Positions 50,855 to 63,003 of a DNA stretch of 64,000 nucleotides are shown here, piece after piece. Location of the stretch: assembly GCA_951406725.2 (NCBI GenBank), contig OX597816.1, positions 135,470,001 through 135,534,000 on the forward strand. The letters are read 5' to 3'. The stretch is from Octopus vulgaris (taxonomy: Eukaryota). Made by a program: the position numbers and the translations under genes. Position 1 is the stretch's first letter, and every line of letters starts with the position of its first letter. Under the pieces are notes generated by a model that worked only from the letters and a program-made list of their open reading frames with translations, had not been told where the DNA came from and did not search any database.

Positions 50855-51676
50855 CTATGTTTGACTTTTGCTTTATGTCTGTACAAGTTGGCTCCAAGTC
50901 TCACCCAGAGACCTCAAGAGACAACAGGTTAGAAGTTCTGTGCCATATATTTGGGTTTTTTTTTTTTTTTTTTTTGGTGTTGTACTAGTGAATGTCTAAT
51001 ACATAAAAAAAAATAATAAATAAATAAATAAAAAAGTTTGTTTTAAACCTTGGGATTACATAGAGAGTATTTTGCGTAGGATATGAGCAGTTCCCATGAG
51101 CACTATCTTTTGAATTTCTGCCATTTTGGGGTTTCCTGGTATCTGAGTTAGGTAGCAATCAGTCCCTTTCGCTATCATTCCCAGGGCACCTATGACAACA
51201 GGTATTGTTTTAGCCTTCAGCTTCCACATTTTGCTGATTTCTATTTCAAGATCTTTATATTTGCTCAGTTTTTGGTAGGTCTTGACAGATACGTTTATAT
51301 CGATTGGGACAGTCATATCAATGAGGAGGCATGTTCTTTGTCTGAAGTCTTTCAATATAATGTCTGGCCTATTTGCATCTATCTTCCTGTCAGTTTGAAT
51401 GGTGAAGTTCCAGAGGAGTGAGATGTGGTCATTTTCAAGCACAGGAGGTGGATTGTGTTCCCACCAGTTTTTTTCATGGGGCAAATCCAGGTTTTTGCAA
51501 ATTACCCAGTGAATATATTGTGCAGCTCTATCATGCCTACTGAGATACTCTGTAGGCACTAGAAGACTGCATTTGGAGACAACATGGTCAATGGTTTCAT
51601 TTTGTTGTCGGCATACACGACATGTTGGGCTACTGCCGTTCTTTAATATGTTGGCCTGGTAGTTTCTTGTTATCAT
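50855..51676 (-). mobile_element. R4/Dong-like LINE 3' end (CCHC finger + restriction-like endonuclease)
   Basis: Intact 206-aa segment with CRVC...ETIDHVVSKC, RHD, RPDII, DMTVP and KLSKY. Confidence 0.9.
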
Positions 51677-51700
51677 TATTTGAGATAATCATTATTATCA

Positions 51701-51761
<61 letters not shown>

Positions 51762-51763
<2 letters not shown>

Positions 51764-52205
51764 GGCAGCAAGCTGGCAGAATCATTAGCAAGCTGAGCAA
51801 AATGCTTAGTAACATTTTGTCCAGCTTTGATTGCTGAGTTCGAATTCCACCAACGTTAACTTTGCCTAAGTATCAGTGGAGCACAAGGGTCAAGATAAAC
51901 AACTAGCCCCTCTCCCACCAAAATTTCAGGCTCTGTGCATATAATATAAAGGATTATTATTGTTGTTGTTGTTAGGATGAAGGTAGCGAGCTAGCAGAAT
52001 CATTAGCATGCCGGGCAAAATGCTTAGTGGCATTTCATCCATCCTTACGTTCTGAGTTCAAATTCCACCGCAGTCAACTTTACCTTTTATCTTTTCAGGA
52101 TCGATAGATTAAATACCAATGAAACACTGGGGTCAATGTAATTGACTAACCTCTCTCTCAAAATTCCAGGCCTTGTTCCTTTTTTTTTTAGAAAGAATTA
52201 TTATT
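51762..52205 (+). mobile_element. Two more head-to-tail SINEs of the same family (further copies at ~44980-45145 and ~58935-59130, minus strand)
   Basis: Sequence similarity to 50387-50850. Confidence 0.8.
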
Positions 52206-52705
52206 GTTAGGATGTTCTACAGAAGGCTGTAGAGCAGGTATGAACTCATTTACATATTTTCAAACCTTGTAGTCATATGCTTATACATACAAAACCTGCT
52301 TTTCCTTCCTAATTATAAATATATATATATAATACACTTGTCAGATTCTTAATTTCATTTCCTGTTATTTACTTTCTTGGTTTTATTTTCCCACCAGGTA
52401 ACATTCCCCTGTTACTTAAAAAATTATTCTACTCTGTGAGTTTACTCACAAGTTCATTGTCATTATTTAAGGATTGTACAACATTGTGAAGCAAACTCAA
52501 ATTTATTTTATATCAAAGGTATAATTCAATATGAGAACCACATAGTTTCTAAATAGAAAATACATCAAAACATATTACAATCAACTTACACTAATATATT
52601 CTAAATCTACTTTCTAAATCAACATTACAATTAAAGCATTATCTTATTTGTTGTTTCCTTACTTAACCTTTTTGTTAATATATTTCTGTTAACACATACT
52701 GCCTT

Positions 52706-53020
52706 ATGCCACTACACCATATGCTACGGGCATATGGTGTAGTGGTTAAGAGCGCGAGCTACTAACCCCAAGATTCTGAGTTTGATTCCAAGCAGTGACC
52801 TGAACAATAATAATAATAATAATAATAATAATTATAATAATAATAATAATAATAATGATGATGATGATAATAACATCGAAAAATACCTTAGGAATGAGAA
52901 CCCAGGTTCGAAATTTCCCCAAGACACCTGAAGAAGGTTGGAGGGTATATCAGCTGAAACGTGTTAACAACAAACAAGATGAGGACAAATATTCGTTAAA
53001 TGTAAATAATGTAAATAATG
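52706..53020 (+). mobile_element. tRNA-derived SINE with hammerhead-like motif (copy C) and 5' hairpin
   Basis: 13-bp TSD cacatactgcctt (52693-52705, 53021-53033), 16-bp perfect inverted repeat at the 5' end, and CTGAAGA...GAAAC at 52928-52960. Confidence 0.8.
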
Positions 53021-53623
53021 CACATACTGCCTTTGTTTCAATCAATTTTTAAAATAATGAAGAATTTAATAAAATAACTTTCTTTTGATGGAAGCATATA
53101 ATTTAGACCACATTAAAATGGTAAGTCTGTGTTGTAGAACCAGGGGCAGTCTTAGGTGGGTTGGTATCAAAAGGGTTGATGGTAGGTATGCTCTGAATGA
53201 GATTTAACTGCTATTTCTTCCAACTCAAGTGACTACGTAGATCACCTCATCAGGTTTATGTGGCTGCTTTTTTTAATTAGAGGATGACAGGAAAAAACAA
53301 AGAGAAAACAATCAGTGATTCAATAGTTTACTGTTGTTTGTTGGTAGACAGATTAAATTCTCTCACAAGAATAATTAGATAAGTGTACATGACCATGATA
53401 GGAGTATTCTTTAACTTTCTTTCCAGTTTGTACCTGGAACAATCTAAAACTGCTCTGTCTGCATTTAAATATAATGTTTTGGTATTTGGAGTAACACACA
53501 CACACACACACACACACGTATGCGCACACACACACACACATCCATGATTTTACTTAGCTTGGGCATGTCTTCTCAACCAAAGTAAACCTCCAGAAATATC
53601 AGTCCTTTGTTATCTCCAGTATA

Positions 53624-53658
<35 letters not shown>

Positions 53659-53706
53659 CCAGCAATCTGAGTTAACAGTTCCTTAGTAGAAAAGGCAATT
53701 AGAAGC

Positions 53707-55323
53707 ATGAAAACAGGGAAAGCCCCAGGCCCATCAGGAATTACTGCAGAGATGCTCAAAATATCTGGTGGTGTCGGCTATAGCTTAGTCACTCGTATAG
53801 TTAACCAGGTGATACACGAGGGAGTCATACCCAATGACTGGTGTAGCAGCATAATAGTCAACTGCTACAAAGGTAAAGGCGACGCCCTAGATACAAATAA
53901 CTACAGAGGCATCAAGCTGCTGGATCAGGTAATGAAGGTTACGGAGAGGGTTATAGCCCAACTAATTAGAGAGAGTGTTAGCTTAGATGATATGCAGTTT
54001 GGGTTCGTGCCAGGGAAAAGTACTACTGATGCTATATTCCTGGTAAGACAGCTGCAGGAGAAATACCTAGCCAAAGACAAGCCCTTGTACCTGGCTTTTG
54101 TTGACTTGGAGAAAGCCTTTGACAGGGTCCCCCGATCCCTTATCTGGTGGTCAATGAGGAAACTAGGGATAGATGAATGGTTAGTGAGAGCTGTGCAAGC
54201 CATGTACAGAGACGCTGCTAGTAAGGTGAGGGTTGGCAACGAGTACAGTGAAGAATTCCGGGTAGAGGTTGGGGTCCACCAAGGTTCAGTCCTCAGTCCC
54301 CTCCTATTTATCATAGTCCTCCAGGCAATAACGGAGGAATTCAAGACAGGATGCCCCTGGGAGCTCCTCTATGCTGACGACCTTGCTCTAATTGCTGAGT
54401 CACTATCAGAACTGGAGGAGAAGTTTCAGGTGTGGAAACAAGGATTAGAAACGAAGGGCCTTAGAATCAACCTAGCCAAAACCAAAGTCCTAATAAGTAG
54501 GAAGGTGGACCAATCACAAACGACTTCAGGTAGATGGCCCTGCTCGATCTGTAAAAAAGGTGTAGGTAGAAACTCTATAAGGTGCACCAAGTGTAAGCTA
54601 TGGACACATAAGAGGTGCAGCAATGTCAAAGGAAGGCTAACTAGGAAAATAGTTTTTGTCTGTGGCAGATGCTCAGGAGCAATAAACACTGGAAATGTGC
54701 AGAGACCAACTTCTACCACGTTCCAGGGAGACAAACTAGAAGTAGTTGATAGCTTCCGCTACCTAGGAGACCAAGTCAGTAGCGGGGGTGGGTGTGCTGA
54801 AAGTGTAACTGCTAGAGTAAGAATAGCTTGGGCAAAGTATAGAGAGCTCTTACCCCTGCTGGTGACAAAAGGCCTCTTGCTCAGAGTAAAAGGCAGACTG
54901 TATGATGCATGTGTACGTACAGCCATGCTACATGGTAGTGAAACATGGGCCGTGACTGCTGAGGATATGCGTAAGCTTGCAAGAAATGAAGCCAGTATGC
55001 TCCGATGGATGTGTAATGTCAGTGTTCATAATCGTCAGAATGTAAGTACCTTGAGAGAAAAGTTGAACCTAAGAAGCGTCAATTGTGGTGTGCAAGAGAG
55101 ACGGCTGCGCTGGTATGGTCATGTGACGAGAATGGTTGTAGATAGTTGTGTGCAAAAGTGCTACACCCTAGCAGTTGAGGGAACCGGTGGAAGAGGTAGA
55201 CCCAGGAAAACCTGGGACGAGGTGGTGAAGCATGACCTTCGAACTTTAGGTCTCACCAAGGAAATGACTAGAGACCGAGACCTATGGAAGTATGCTGTGC
55301 GTGAGAAGACCCGGCAAGAGTAG
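53707..55323 (+). CDS. RTE LINE RT ORF, 5'-truncated (element starts ~53655) with an intact reading frame
   Basis: 538-aa open frame, nearly identical to the other young RTE copies; YADD and PHD-type finger present. Confidence 0.93.
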   Translation: MKTGKAPGPSGITAEMLKISGGVGYSLVTRIVNQVIHEGVIPNDWCSSIIVNCYKGKGDALDTNNYRGIKLLDQVMKVTERVIAQLIRESVSLDDMQFGFVPGKSTTDAIFLVRQLQEKYLAKDKPLYLAFVDLEKAFDRVPRSLIWWSMRKLGIDEWLVRAVQAMYRDAASKVRVGNEYSEEFRVEVGVHQGSVLSPLLFIIVLQAITEEFKTGCPWELLYADDLALIAESLSELEEKFQVWKQGLETKGLRINLAKTKVLISRKVDQSQTTSGRWPCSICKKGVGRNSIRCTKCKLWTHKRCSNVKGRLTRKIVFVCGRCSGAINTGNVQRPTSTTFQGDKLEVVDSFRYLGDQVSSGGGCAESVTARVRIAWAKYRELLPLLVTKGLLLRVKGRLYDACVRTAMLHGSETWAVTAEDMRKLARNEASMLRWMCNVSVHNRQNVSTLREKLNLRSVNCGVQERRLRWYGHVTRMVVDSCVQKCYTLAVEGTGGRGRPRKTWDEVVKHDLRTLGLTKEMTRDRDLWKYAVREKTRQE

Positions 55324-57642
55324 TCAGGCCATAACCCGTGGCCCCTACCTGGGACGTAGTCAGTCCACCTGTGCATACCTTCCTTCTTGTGACACTTGTG
55401 AAGACCTGTTGAGGCAAGTGAAAGTGAAAATCAAAATAAAATAGATGATCATCAATGGAATTTGTATCTTTGTTACCAGTGCCGGTGGCACACAAGAAAA
55501 CCATCCGAACGTGGCCGTAGCCAATACCGTATCGACTGGCCTCCGTGCTGTGGGCACATAGCAAACACCATCCGATCGTGGCCGTTTGCCAGCCTCATCT
55601 GGCACCTGTGTCGGTGGCACATAAAGACACCATCCGAAGACCCGGCAAGACTAGTCAGGCCATAACCCGTGGCCCCTACCTGGGACGTAGTCAGTTCACC
55701 TGTGCATACCTCCCTTCTTGTGACACTTGTGAAGACCTGTTGAGGCAAGTGAAAATCAAAAAAAAAAATAAAAAATAAAAAAATCAAAAAAAAATCAAAA
55801 CAAATCGAAATAGATGAATATCAATGGAATTTGTATCTTTGTGGTACCAGTGCCGGTGGCACACAAGAAAACCATCCGAACGTGGCCGTAGCCAGTACTG
55901 CATCGACTGGCCTCCGTGCTGTGGGCACGTAACAAACACCATCCGATCGTGGCCGTTCGCCAGCCTCATCTGGCACCTGTATCGGTGGCACATAAAAACA
56001 CCATCCGAAGACCCGGCAAGACTAGGCACCTGTGTCGGTGGCACATAAAAACACCATCCGAAGACCCGGCAAGACTAGTCAGGCCATAATCCGTGGCCCC
56101 AACCTGGGACGTAGTCAGTCCACCTGTGCATACCTTCCTTCTTGTGACACTTGTGAAGACCTTTTGAGGCAAGTGAAAGTGAAAATCAAAATAAAATAGA
56201 TGAACATCAATGGAATTTGTATCTTTATGGTACCAGTGCCGGTGGCACACAAGAAAACCATCCGAACGTGGCCGTAGCCAGTACCACATCGACTGGCCTC
56301 CGTGCTGTGGGCACGTAACAAACACCATCCGATCATGTCCGTTCGCCAGCCTCATCAGGCACCTGTGTCGGTGGCACATAAAAACACCATCTGAAGACCC
56401 GGCAAGACTAGTCAGGCCATAACCCGTGGCCCCTACCTGGGACGTAGTCAGTTCACCTGTGCATACCTCCCTTCTTGTGACACTTGTGAAGACCTGTTGA
56501 GGCAAGTGATCAAATCAAAACAAATCAAAATAGATGAACATCAATGGAATTTGTATCTTTGTGGTACCAGGGCCGGTGGCACACAAGATAACCATCCGAA
56601 CATGGCCGTAGCCAGTACCGCATCGACTGGCCTCTGTGCTGTGGGCTCATAACAAACACCATCCGATCATGGCCGTTCGCCAGCCTCATCTGGCACCTGT
56701 GTCGGTGGCACATAAAAGCACCATCCGAAGACCCGGCAAGATTAGTCAGGCCATAACCCGTGGCCTCTACTTGGAACGTAGTCAGTCCACCTGTGCATAC
56801 CTTCCTTCTTGTGACACTTGTGAAGACCTGTTGAGACAAGTGATCAAATCAAAATAGATGAACATCAATGGAATTTGTATCTTTGTGGTACCAGTGCCGG
56901 TGGCACACAAGAAAACCATCCGAACGTGGCCGTAGCCAGTACCGCATCGACTGGCCTCCGTGCTGTGGGCACGTAACAAACACCATCCATCTGGCACCTG
57001 TGTCGGAGACACATAAAAACATCATCCGAAGACCCGGCAAGACTAGTCAGGCCATAACCCGTGGCCCCTACCTGGGACGTTGTCAGTTCACCTGTGCATA
57101 CCTTCCTTCCTTCTTGTGACACTTGTGAAGACCTGTTGAGGCAAGTGAAAATCAAATCAAATCAAATCAAATCAAAATAGATGAACATCAATGGAATTTG
57201 TATCTTTGTGGTGGCACACAAGAAAACCATCCGAATGTGGCCGTAGCCAGTACCGCATCGACTGGCCTCCGTGCTGTAAGAAACACCATCCGATCATGGC
57301 CGTTCGTCAGCCTCGTCTGGCACCTGTGTCGGTGGCACATAAAAACACCATCCGAGTGTGGCCGTTCGTCAGCCTCGTCTGGCACCTGTGTCGGTGGCAC
57401 ATAAAAACACCATCCGAGCGTGGCCGTTCGCCAGCCTCGTCTGGCACCTGTGTCGGTGGCACATAAAATCACCCACTACACTCTCGGAGTGGTTGGCGTT
57501 AGGAAGGGCATCCAGCTGTAGAAACACTGCCAGATCTGACTGGCCTGGTGCAGCCTTCGGGCTCCCCAGACCCCAGTTGAACCGTCCAACCCATGCTAGC
57601 ATGGAAAGCGGACTTAAATGATGATGATGATGATGATGATGA
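55305..57642 (+). repeat. Tandem array of RTE ORF end + 3'UTR (6 long units + 1 short), ending in the normal RTE 3' end and (gat)n tail
   Basis: Unit starts (gaagacccggcaaga) at 55305, 55636, 56007, 56060, 56393, 56727 and 57028. Confidence 0.95.
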
Positions 57643-57644
57643 TA

Positions 57645-57865
57645 TACAGGGGTTGGACAAAATAATAGGAACACCTAGCATCATAGCATCATAATTTTGA
57701 AATAGCTATAAAACCGTCAAAAGCTTGTTTATTTTTTTGTTTTTTGATTTATTATTAGTGTTGCTTAATATGTTTTGCTAAAATTGCTGTTTCTTTTCAG
57801 ATATCAGAAAAAGGTCATTAAAATTCATTAAAATGACAGGTCCATCGGACTTTCAAAGAGGCAGC
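57645..57865 (+). mobile_element. Tc1-like transposon left end
   Basis: TA-CAGGGGTTGGACAAAATAATAGGAACACCT TIR, then a transposase start resembling MTxxSDFQRG. Confidence 0.65.
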
Positions 57866-58132
57866 AGCAACAGTAACAGCAGTGGTGGTGTGGCCATGAT
57901 GAGGAGGAGGAGGACGAGGACGAGGATTCCTATAATTTCTTTACAGCTAAAGGGCTTTCAGATACTTTAATTTATTTCATTCCTTCTAATTCCTGCATTG
58001 TTGTGCATAAATATATATTTATTAGGAATTGAACGCAAAATAGCATAAGCAAAGGAATTAGGAATTGAACGCAAAATAGCATAAGCAAACAAAAAATATC
58101 ATTCAGGCTTAATATGAATAGGAGTAACTATT

Positions 58133-58251
58133 GCTTACGGCAATATCACATTGAAAGCACCAGTTCTCGTCCGATCATCGAAGTTAAGCAATGTCGAGCC
58201 TAGTTAGTACTTAGATGGGTGACTGCTTGGGAAACCTAGGTGCTGTAAGCG
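58133..58251 (+). pseudogene. Orphan 5S rRNA copy (probably a pseudogene)
   Basis: gcttacgg...ccgatcatcgaagttaagc...ttagtacttagatgggtgac...gtgctgtaagc: full length, box A/C recognisable, no oligo-T terminator. Confidence 0.85.
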
Positions 58252-60809
58252 TCACACATTGTTTAAATGGCAGTGCATCAGCATGGCTGCAGCTCTGAGC
58301 TAAAACTAAAGAAAAATATATATATTGATATTCTAAACACAATATATGACTACCTGTTGATACAATCTGTGCCATCTCTTGGCACAATGCTGGCTGGTAA
58401 TAAACAACACACAATAAACAATGCCCAGAGATATTTAAATATATATGTGTGTGTGTGTATGCAAGTATGCATATATGTGTGTTTGTGTGTGTGTGTATGC
58501 ATACATGCATGTTTGTGTGTGTGTATGTGTGTGTATGTATGTATGTATGTATGTATGCAAGTGTTGTATCTGTTTCACAAGATACATTTCAATGAGTTTA
58601 AAGACCCATTGAAAAGACTAAAAATCTGTAGTGAGAGACTTCTGACAAACTAATCACTTCATAAAGAAGTAAACCACAACCAACACAAGTGTTTCTGTTT
58701 GCAGAATGATCTTTCATCTGTGTGTGTGTATGCGTGTGTGTGTGTGCACACATGTGTGAAGCTGAGAGGTTCAAAGCTTTAAACCTGGAATTTTATGAAG
58801 TATTACTGTGAGTTTGTCATTGTTCTAATATATAAATTTCTATATAAAAAAATACGAAAGTGAAGCAGTTATTTCACAGAAATTAAAAAGGGTTCTTCCC
58901 AAAATAAGTGTGATTGATTATACAAATAATGGTTTCAAATTTTGACACAAGGCCAGCAATTTCATGGCAGGGTGTTAGTTGATTACATTGCCTCAGTACT
59001 CAACTCAATTATTTTATCAACACCAACTGGTACTTAATTTATCAATTCCGAAAGGATGAAAGGCAAAGTCAACATCAGCGGAATTTGAACTCAGACAGAC
59101 GAAATGCCGCTAAGTATTTTGCCCGGCAAATTGACTATACAAGATTAGAGTAAAAAATGAGAAGATCTTTCTTTAGACAAACACATTTCTTGATAACAAC
59201 CTCCACCTAATTTCACGTACTAACTGTTCCACTTTTGCTTTTTTCAACATAGAAATTTATAGATTGGAACAATAACAAATTCTCTACATGGTTGCTAAAC
59301 TCCCAGTTTTTTTTTGTGGGGTGGGGGTGCACATAGATGTATACGGATAGCATTTTTGGTTTTAACTATCATATGCTATAAGATTTATTCCATTAACTGG
59401 CACTGAGCCCTCTGCATAGCATGCAGCAGACCTTGTTTTATATATAAATATCAACTACAAGTATAACTCCGTTTGTGTGTGTGTGTGTATATACGCACAC
59501 ATGCATGCACACACACACACACATGCACACCAATATTCACACACAGATACAGTATTGCGGTGGTAGGCCATATTTACTGCAAACACAGAAAACTCATGTT
59601 GATGATGGGAGACATAACTGCACCAACAGTGGAAAGAAAGGTTATACCTATTATGGAAAAGTGGGGGAGGTAGCTAGGGTTATACTTACTATAAATTGAT
59701 GCAAAAGAGGAACAAAAAAGAGTTTAGATCAGGCGATACCCATTGTAAAAGTATGGGGGTGGTGATGATGGTGCAGCTACTACTGTAGCTGCAACTGCTG
59801 CTTCTGTTGATAGTGGTGGTGTTAATGCTGGTGGTGAAGAGATAGGATTGTACTTACAGTACAGGTAAGAGAGAAAGAGAGGAGACAATTTCTTTTGTAA
59901 AAGTGATTATGATGAAATGAGTGATATAGGACCACACCCATTATATTTTAGAGGGGAAATAGGATATTAACAAAAAATAAGTGTGTTAGTGTATCATACT
60001 TTCCTTTTAGATGAATAATAAGTCATGATTTTATCAGACGCTAGCTAAAATACCTGGCATCGCATGGACTAAGTTGATAAGGAATTATCATTAATGTTGC
60101 TATATAGTTTACTTGAATGCAAAAGCTTCCAGATAAACCACAGGCAGTAGATCAGACCAAGTAATCTAAATAACATTTTTTTTATATTTTAGAAAGTTTC
60201 TTTGGATTCCTGCTTTAAACAGCAAATTACAATTCTGCAAAAGAAAAAAAAAGTTGCAAATTTTCCAATGGAATGTTTTGAAATCTGTTTAACACTTTAG
60301 CATTCACATGGTTCTGTCAAAAGTAATGGTTATTTATTCACATTGTTTTGAATTAATCCTGCATTATCTCATAGATTTTGATGAGGTAACTGTTAATTTT
60401 TAGAATAATATTGTAGGGTTGGTGTGCAAGGTCACATCTGGCCTGTTTGAACATAAAGTAGGTAGAATAATTTGGCTGGGTGTGGCCAGTTTAAATGCTA
60501 AAGGATTCACCCTAAAACTGAATCCTACTCCTAAATTCTAAAGTCTAAGCTCTAAAACTTAACTTTGTCCTCAAATAATAACTCATAATTCTTGACCTTA
60601 AAGCTTAGCCCTCTAGTATTAGAATCATAGTTCCTTGTATTTAAAACAGAATTCTGAAAAAAAAAATCTCTAAGAAATCAATTCAAAACTGGAAATGTTA
60701 TGTCTGGTTGTATCCCCAGCATTGAAGGGAGAAAATGAAAAATGAGAAAAAAAATAATTTGAAACTTTGAAAAAGTGGCTCTGTGGTAAGAAGCATATTA
60801 GGTATAGGA

Positions 60810-60932
60810 TTGGCTGTGTAGTATGAAGTTTGCTTCCCAACCACATGATTCCAGGTTCAGTCCCACTGCATGGCACCTTGGGCAAGTGTCTTGTGAGTGG
60901 ATTTGGTAGATGGAAATTGAAAGAAGCCTGTC

Positions 60933-60965
<33 letters not shown>
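60810..60965 (+). mobile_element. CORE-like SINE 5' half; its 3' half lies at ~62750-62950
   Basis: Same family as the copies at 26275 and 40080. Confidence 0.7.
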
Positions 60966-60966
<1 letters not shown>

Positions 60967-60974
60967 GTGGACAC

Positions 60975-62716
60975 ATAGCTTTTGTGGACTTGGAGAAAGC
61001 CTTTGACAGTGTCCCCCGATCCCTTATCTGGTGGTTGATGCGGAAACTGGAGATTGACGAATGCTTAATAAGGGCTGTACAGGCCCTATACAGAGAGGCT
61101 GTCAGCAAGGTTAGGATTGGCAACGAATATAATGAAGAATTCCAGGTAGAAGTAGGTGTACACCAAGGTTCAGCCCTCAGTCCCCTTTTATTCATCATAG
61201 TCCTCCAGGCAATAACAGAGGAATTCAAAACAGGTTGCCCCTGGGAGCTCCTCTATGCTGAATCACTACCGGAACTAGAAAAGAAATTTCAGGTGTGGAA
61301 GCAAGGGTTAGAATCAAAGGGCCTTAGAGTAAATGTAGCAAAGACCAAAGTTATAGTAAGCAGAAAGGCGAACTCAGCACACACACCCTCAGGCAGGTGG
61401 CCCTGCTTGATCTGTAGGAAAGGTGTAGGTAGAAACTCCATAAGATGTACCCAGTGTAAGCTATGGACGCATAAGAGGTGCAGCAACATCAAAGGGAAAT
61501 TAACTGATAAGATAGCTTTCATGTGTGGCAGATGCACAGGGACAATAGACACCACAGTTACTCAGAAAACAGATTCCATCACACTCCAGGGGAAGAAACT
61601 AGAAGTAGTTGATAGTTTCCACTACCTGGGTGACCAAGTTAGTAGTGGAGGTGGATGCTCAGAGAGTGTCACCACTAGAATACGAATAGCCTGGGCAAAG
61701 TTTAGAAAGCTCCTACCCCTACTGGCAACAAAGGGTCTCTCGCTCAGAGTGAAAGGTAGATTGTATGATGCATGTGTGCGAACTGCCATGCTTCACGGCA
61801 GTGAAACATGGGCTGTGACTGCAGAGGACATGCGTAGACTTGAAAGAAATGAAGCTAACATGATCCGCTGGATGTGTAATGTCAGTGTGCACGCATGACA
61901 GAGTGTAAGCACCCTGAGAGAAATGCTGGACATAAGAAGCATCAGATGTGGTGTGCAAGAGCAACGCTTGCGATGGTATGGTCATGTACTGCAGATGGAT
62001 GAGGAGAGATGTGTGAAGAAGTGCCGTTCCCAAACAGTTGAAGGTATCAGGGGGAGAGGTAGACCCAAGAAGACATGGGATGAGGTAGTCAAGCATGACC
62101 TCAGAGCGTTGGGTCTCTCAGAGGCAATGACGAAGGACCGAGATCTCTGGAGATATGCTGTGACTGCAAAAACCCGGGCTGCTTCCTGCACCAGTTCTGC
62201 GTAGCCCCTGCCCATTCAAAGTACCTTGGATTTCAGAACAACCCGCTGTGCTTGAGGAGACCTATTGAGTCAAGTACATGAACATCGAAATAAATATCAA
62301 CGGAAACAGTAGTTGTGATACCTGTGCTGGTGGCACATAAAAAGCACCATCCGAATGTGGCCGATGCCAGCGCCGCCTCGACTGGCTTCTGTGCTGGTGG
62401 CACGTAAAAAGCACAATCCGAACATGGCCAATGCCAGCGCCACCTTGACTGGCTTCCGTGCTGGTGGCACGTTAAAAGCACCAACCGATCGTGGCCACTA
62501 CCAGACTCCCCTGGCACCTGTGCCGGTGGCACGTAAAAAGCACCCACTACACTCGCAGAGTGGTTGGCGTTAGGAAGGGCATCCAGCTGTAGAAACACTG
62601 CCAGATCAGACTGGAGCCTGGTGCAACCTCCTGGCTTCCCAGACCCCAGTCGAACCGTCCAACCCGTGCTAGCACGGAAAATGGACGTTAAACGATGATG
62701 ATGATGATGATGATGA
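60975..62716 (+). mobile_element. 5'-truncated RTE LINE of a second, diverged subfamily
   Basis: RT lacks the YADD segment (ELLYA-ESL deletion), has a stop at 61898, retains the PHD finger, and has a distinct 3'UTR with a (gat)n tail. Confidence 0.9.
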
Positions 62717-62958
62717 TATACACACACACACACACAAACATACGTGTGTGTGTATGATTGTGTTTGTTCTACCATTGCTTGACAAGCGATGCCAGTGTGT
62801 TTACGTTCCTGTAACTTTGCAGTTTGGCAAAAGAGAATGACGGAATAAGTACTTGGCTTACAAAGAATAAATCCTGGGGTTGATTTGTTCGACTAAAGAT
62901 GGTACTCCAGCATGGCCACAGTCAAATGACTGAAACAAGTAAAAGAATAAATAAATAC

Positions 62959-63003
<45 letters not shown>

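Noticed and set aside
55405-55425. Hammerhead-like ctgttgag...gaaa in the RTE 3'UTR
   Set aside because: The core deviates from CUGANGA, and there is no credible stem II or III.
57350-57470. HDV-like ribozyme suggested by ggccg...ccagcctcgtctgg
   Set aside because: Only a P3/L3-like resemblance; I could not build P1, P2 or P1.1 pairings.
55305-57480. CRISPR-like repeat/spacer array next to an RT
   Set aside because: Whole units are homologous, with no unique spacers. They derive from the LINE 3'UTR, no cas genes are present, and the context is eukaryotic.
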